Source: an uncultured Pseudomonadales bacterium
GTDB taxonomy: Bacteria > Pseudomonadota > Gammaproteobacteria > Pseudomonadales > UBA7434
DNA: 64,000 bases
Reading direction: 5' to 3'
NCBI GenBank assembly: GCA_905478995.1
Contig: CAJQKT010000086.1
Coordinates: 3,284 to 67,283, forward strand
Shown here: positions 60,436 through 64,000 of the stretch, one piece after another
Layout: each line of letters begins with the position of its first letter
Numbering within the stretch: position 1 is the first letter of the stretch
The notes under the pieces: generated by a model
What the model was told of the DNA's origin: nothing
Seen by the model: only the letters and a program-made list of their open reading frames with translations
The model's database searches: none
Made by a program: the position numbers and the translations under genes

Positions 60436-61959
60436 ATGTCTCAGCTGAATATCACAGAAAGTAATATCCCGCTAAGAGCTCAAGACGGTTCACAAGCGCC
60501 CGATGCGCCGGCGTGGACAGCCGATATTGACAACCCCTACCTACACGGCATTTACGCTCCCACCACACTCGAGACGCAGGTCGATCAGTTGGAGGTGATG
60601 AGCGGTGCAATTCCCGATGATTTGTACGGCGCCTACGTGCGCAATGGCCCCAATCCAGTGTTCAAGCCACGCTTTAACCATCACCCTTTTGATGGCGACG
60701 GTATGCTTTACGCTGTTTATTTTAAAGATGGCGTGGCCGGCTATCGCAACCGCTGGATTCAGACTGATGCGCATTGCGCCGAAGCCGAGAAAGGCGAGTC
60801 GATTTGGCCGGGAGTGATGGGGCCGTTTGATTTTAGTTTGCCCGGGTTCCCTATCAAGGATACGTCTAACACCGACGTTATGTTTTTTAATAGGCACATT
60901 ATTTCGCTATGGTATAACGCGGGTATTCCGTATCAGCTTGATGCACAAACGTTAGAGACTAAAGGTCGCGAAAATTTTGATGGGCAGTTAACGAGAGCGC
61001 TGTCGGCGCACTCTAAGGTCGATCCGGAAAAAAATGAGCTGGTTTTTTTCGATTATTTTGATGAGTTTCCTTATTTGCGTTATGGCATTGTCGATCACAA
61101 AGGCAGTGTTATTCATGATGAGCCCATCGAATTACCGGGCCCGCGGTTGCCGCACGATATTGGTTTGACGCCCAACTTTGTTATTTTGCACGACTGCCCG
61201 TTTTATCACGATGTGGCGCTGCTTGAAAAAACTAAAAAGCGTGTTATGACATTTCATCGCGACGAGCCCACGCGATTTGGTGTGCAGCCGCGCTATGGTA
61301 AAGGCAGCGAAGTGATATGGTTTGAGTGCGAGCCCTGTTATATTTTGCATGTCATCAATTGCTGGGAAGAGGGCGATTGGGTTGTACAGGTGGGCTGTCG
61401 TTCAACCAACCCCATGCCCAAAGCCGACCCCGCCGAAGGCGAGCTATCACATATGCTGGCCTACATGCGGCTCGAAGCTAATTTATACGTGTGGAAATTT
61501 AATTTAAAAACGGGTGAAGTGGTTGAGCAGGATGTAGATACGCTGAATACTGAATTTCCTCGCGCTAATCCCTTGTACATGGGTTACAAAAGTCGCTACA
61601 GCTACAACCAATACATTATGAATAAAGCGCATGACGGCATTGGTACTTTGGCTTTTGGTGCACTTATTAAATACGATATTCAAACGGGCGAATATCAGCG
61701 TTACGATTACGGCAATGGCGTGTTTGGCAGTGAAACGCCTTTTTGCCCGAGGCGAGGTGCCACGCGAGACACGGCCGAAGATGACGGTTACTTGGTAACG
61801 ATGGTAACCGATAGCAATGACTGGACCTCTTATACCCTAATTTTTGATGCGAAAAATATTACTCAAGGTCCAATTTGTAAGCTTAAGTTGCCGCATCGCG
61901 CGCCGTTTGCCTTTCATACTAATTGGCTCAAGGGTGAAGATATTTATATGAATACCTAA
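60436..61959 (+). CDS. Carotenoid cleavage oxygenase (RPE65/lignostilbene dioxygenase) family protein
   Basis: YVRNGPNP, HPFDGDGM, four candidate iron-binding His (SAHSK, LPHD, ILHV, AFHT), TEFP, EDDGYL. Confidence 0.95.
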   Translation: MSQLNITESNIPLRAQDGSQAPDAPAWTADIDNPYLHGIYAPTTLETQVDQLEVMSGAIPDDLYGAYVRNGPNPVFKPRFNHHPFDGDGMLYAVYFKDGVAGYRNRWIQTDAHCAEAEKGESIWPGVMGPFDFSLPGFPIKDTSNTDVMFFNRHIISLWYNAGIPYQLDAQTLETKGRENFDGQLTRALSAHSKVDPEKNELVFFDYFDEFPYLRYGIVDHKGSVIHDEPIELPGPRLPHDIGLTPNFVILHDCPFYHDVALLEKTKKRVMTFHRDEPTRFGVQPRYGKGSEVIWFECEPCYILHVINCWEEGDWVVQVGCRSTNPMPKADPAEGELSHMLAYMRLEANLYVWKFNLKTGEVVEQDVDTLNTEFPRANPLYMGYKSRYSYNQYIMNKAHDGIGTLAFGALIKYDIQTGEYQRYDYGNGVFGSETPFCPRRGATRDTAEDDGYLVTMVTDSNDWTSYTLIFDAKNITQGPICKLKLPHRAPFAFHTNWLKGEDIYMNT

Positions 61960-62013
61960 AGCAAAATTGCTCTTCATAAAAAACGATCTCTTTTTTAAGC
62001 AGTAGGATAATTT

Positions 62014-63246
62014 ATGGCATATTCACCCGTTTATATTCTTGGCGGCAGTCAAACCGATTTTTCACGCAACTGGAATCGCGAAGGCAGCGATATTTATGGT
62101 TTGTTTGAAGCTAGTTTAAATGATGCCTTGGCCAGCACTCAGATCGATGCTGACGATATTGAAGTGGCGCATGTGGGTAACTTTGTTTCGTCCTTATTTA
62201 CGGGGCAGGCATTGCTCAACGGTTTTTTTGGCCATGTTCATCCGACCTTACATAATATTCCAACTTCACGACACGAAGCGGCATGTGCCTCGGGCTCAAT
62301 GGCATTGCTGGCGGCCATGCGTGATATAGAAGCGGGCCATTATGGTCTTGCCTGTGTATTGGGTATTGAGCTGATGCGAAATGTCGACGGTAAAACAGGT
62401 GCTGATCATTTGGGTGCCGCTGCGTGGCGCGGCATAGAAACACAAGGCTGTACTTATCCTTGGCCACACATGTTTGCCAGCATTTATGATATTTATCAGC
62501 AGCGCTACGGCACCGATATCGATTATTTGCGCGCCATTGCAAAAAATAATTTTGCCAATGCTAAAAATAACCCCAATGCACAAACGCGTAACTGGCAATT
62601 AGATAAAAGCAGTTTTTCCAGTGACGATAAGGCCAACCCTGTTATTGAAGGGCAATTGCGCAAGCAAGATTGTGGTCAGGTGACCGACGGTGCTGCGGTG
62701 GTATTTCTTGCTAGTGAAGATTATGCGCGGCGCTATGCTCAACAGCACAATGTGTCACTCGATAGTTTACCGCGCATTAAGGGTTGGGGTCATCGCAGTG
62801 CAGCCATGCTTATGCAACGCAAGCTCGAATTGTCAGAAGGGCAGCCACTGGTATTCCCACATGTTAAAGACACCTTCGATGATGCTTTGCGACGAGCAGG
62901 GATGCCTGAGGTTCGCAGCCTTGATGGGCTCGAAGTGCACGACTGCTTTTCGATAACCGAGTATATGATCATTGATCACATGGGTTTAACAGCGCCAGGC
63001 GAGTCGTATCGCGCGATTGATGACGGCACCATCACTATGCAGGGCGCCTTGCCGATTAATCCTAGCGGCGGTCTGATTGGCTTAGGCCATCCGGTCGGGG
63101 CTACGGGTGTGCGGATGTTACTCGATGCGTATAAGCAGGTAACGGGTAAAGCCGGTAGCTATCAAGTGGAGGGCGCCAAAAACTTCGGTGCCTTTAATTT
63201 AGGTGGCAGTACCACCACTTGCGCGGCCTTTGTGGTGGGCACTTAG
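62014..63246 (+). CDS. SCP2-type thiolase (acetyl-CoA acyltransferase)
   Basis: EAACASG, HDCF, NPSGGL, GHPVGATG. Confidence 0.92.
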   Translation: MAYSPVYILGGSQTDFSRNWNREGSDIYGLFEASLNDALASTQIDADDIEVAHVGNFVSSLFTGQALLNGFFGHVHPTLHNIPTSRHEAACASGSMALLAAMRDIEAGHYGLACVLGIELMRNVDGKTGADHLGAAAWRGIETQGCTYPWPHMFASIYDIYQQRYGTDIDYLRAIAKNNFANAKNNPNAQTRNWQLDKSSFSSDDKANPVIEGQLRKQDCGQVTDGAAVVFLASEDYARRYAQQHNVSLDSLPRIKGWGHRSAAMLMQRKLELSEGQPLVFPHVKDTFDDALRRAGMPEVRSLDGLEVHDCFSITEYMIIDHMGLTAPGESYRAIDDGTITMQGALPINPSGGLIGLGHPVGATGVRMLLDAYKQVTGKAGSYQVEGAKNFGAFNLGGSTTTCAAFVVGT

Positions 63247-63304
63247 TTGGGATTGGCGCAACTCGCTTCGAGTGAACAATAAAAGCAAGAGTTTAAAAAA
63301 ATCC

Positions 63305-64000
63305 ATGACGCAAACATCGGCTTATATTTACGATGCCATTCGCACCCCGCGCGGTAAGGCTCGCCCCGATGGCGGCCTACACGCACTGACGCCATTTTAT
63401 TTATTAAGTGCTCTTTATCAAGCCCTGGAGCAGCGCACGGGTCTTGATCCGTCGCGTATCGATGATGTTATCTTGGGTTGCGCGACGCAGGTGGGTGAGC
63501 AGGCTGCTAACATTGCGAAAACCTCGGCGCTCTACCATGGTTGGCCCTCGCAGGTGCCTGGCATTACACTCAATCGCTACTGTTCATCGGGTGTTGATGC
63601 GATTAATTTCGCTGCGATGAAAGTCATGACGGGTATGAGTCATTGGGTCGTTGCTGGCGGCGTTGAGATGATGTCGCGAGTGGGTATGCTATCTGATCAG
63701 CCGGTAGCTTTTACTGATAAAGACTTGGCTAAAACGTTAGGTATGTACATGATGGGCAATGGTGCCGACTTTGTGGCCACCTGCCAAAACGTTTCCCGTC
63801 AGCAAGCTGATGCGGTAGCGCTAATGAGCCAGCAGCGGGCGGCCCATGCGCGCAAGCATGGTTTTTTTAAATCAATTATTGCCATCGATAATCCTGTTAC
63901 GGGCCAGCGAGTCGAACACGACGAAATCATCCGTGACAATACCACCTCAGAATCACTGGCGGCGATGTTACCAAGCTTTACTCAAGCACCCTGGGCGGAT
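63305..64000 (+). CDS. Thiolase, 3'-truncated by window edge
   Basis: Translated by hand: MTQTSAYIYDAIRTPRGK...DDVILGC...NRYCSSG...AGGVEMMSR; absent from the ORF track, apparently because it runs off the window. Confidence 0.9.
   Translation, partial: MTQTSAYIYDAIRTPRGKARPDGGLHALTPFYLLSALYQALEQRTGLDPSRIDDVILGCATQVGEQAANIAKTSALYHGWPSQVPGITLNRYCSSGVDAINFAAMKVMTGMSHWVVAGGVEMMSRVGMLSDQPVAFTDKDLAKTLGMYMMGNGADFVATCQNVSRQQADAVALMSQQRAAHARKHGFFKSIIAIDNPVTGQRVEHDEIIRDNTTSESLAAMLPSFTQAPWAD

Overview
Core-genome region of a gammaproteobacterium, probably marine; the gene order resembles Pseudomonadales/Cellvibrionales (inference). It runs from an M23 peptidase through secA-argJ-mutT, an inserted subtilase-like surface protein, yacG-coaE, pyrB-murJ-ribF-ileS-lspA-fkpB-ispH, a type IV minor pilin cluster (fimU-pilVWXY1-pilY2-like-pilE) with a convergent fimT and pilSR, pxpBCA-pgeF-nadE, cmoAB, ogt, an orphan exbD, dapA-bamC-MBL hydrolase-PilZ-rsmJ-purC-AlkB-like, degS-like/Nif3/zapG/zapE, rplM-rpsI, petA plus a fused cytochrome b-c1 gene, sspAB, dolP/SIS/yraN/lpoA/rsmI and RNase P RNA. 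It ends in a carotenoid-oxygenase-family/thiolase/thiolase cluster that runs off the right edge. I found no tRNA, rRNA, CRISPR, integrase or transposase. Best leads: the oxygenase-thiolase catabolic cluster of unknown substrate, the cytochrome b-c1 fusion with an internal signal-peptide-like linker, the atypical subtilase with a C-terminal sorting tail, the pxpBCA-pgeF-nadE linkage, the GRxR-bearing FimT with CsrA/RsmA-like sites, and a sigma-32-like promoter with uORFs upstream of secA. All calls come from reading motifs and synteny by eye; no searches were run.
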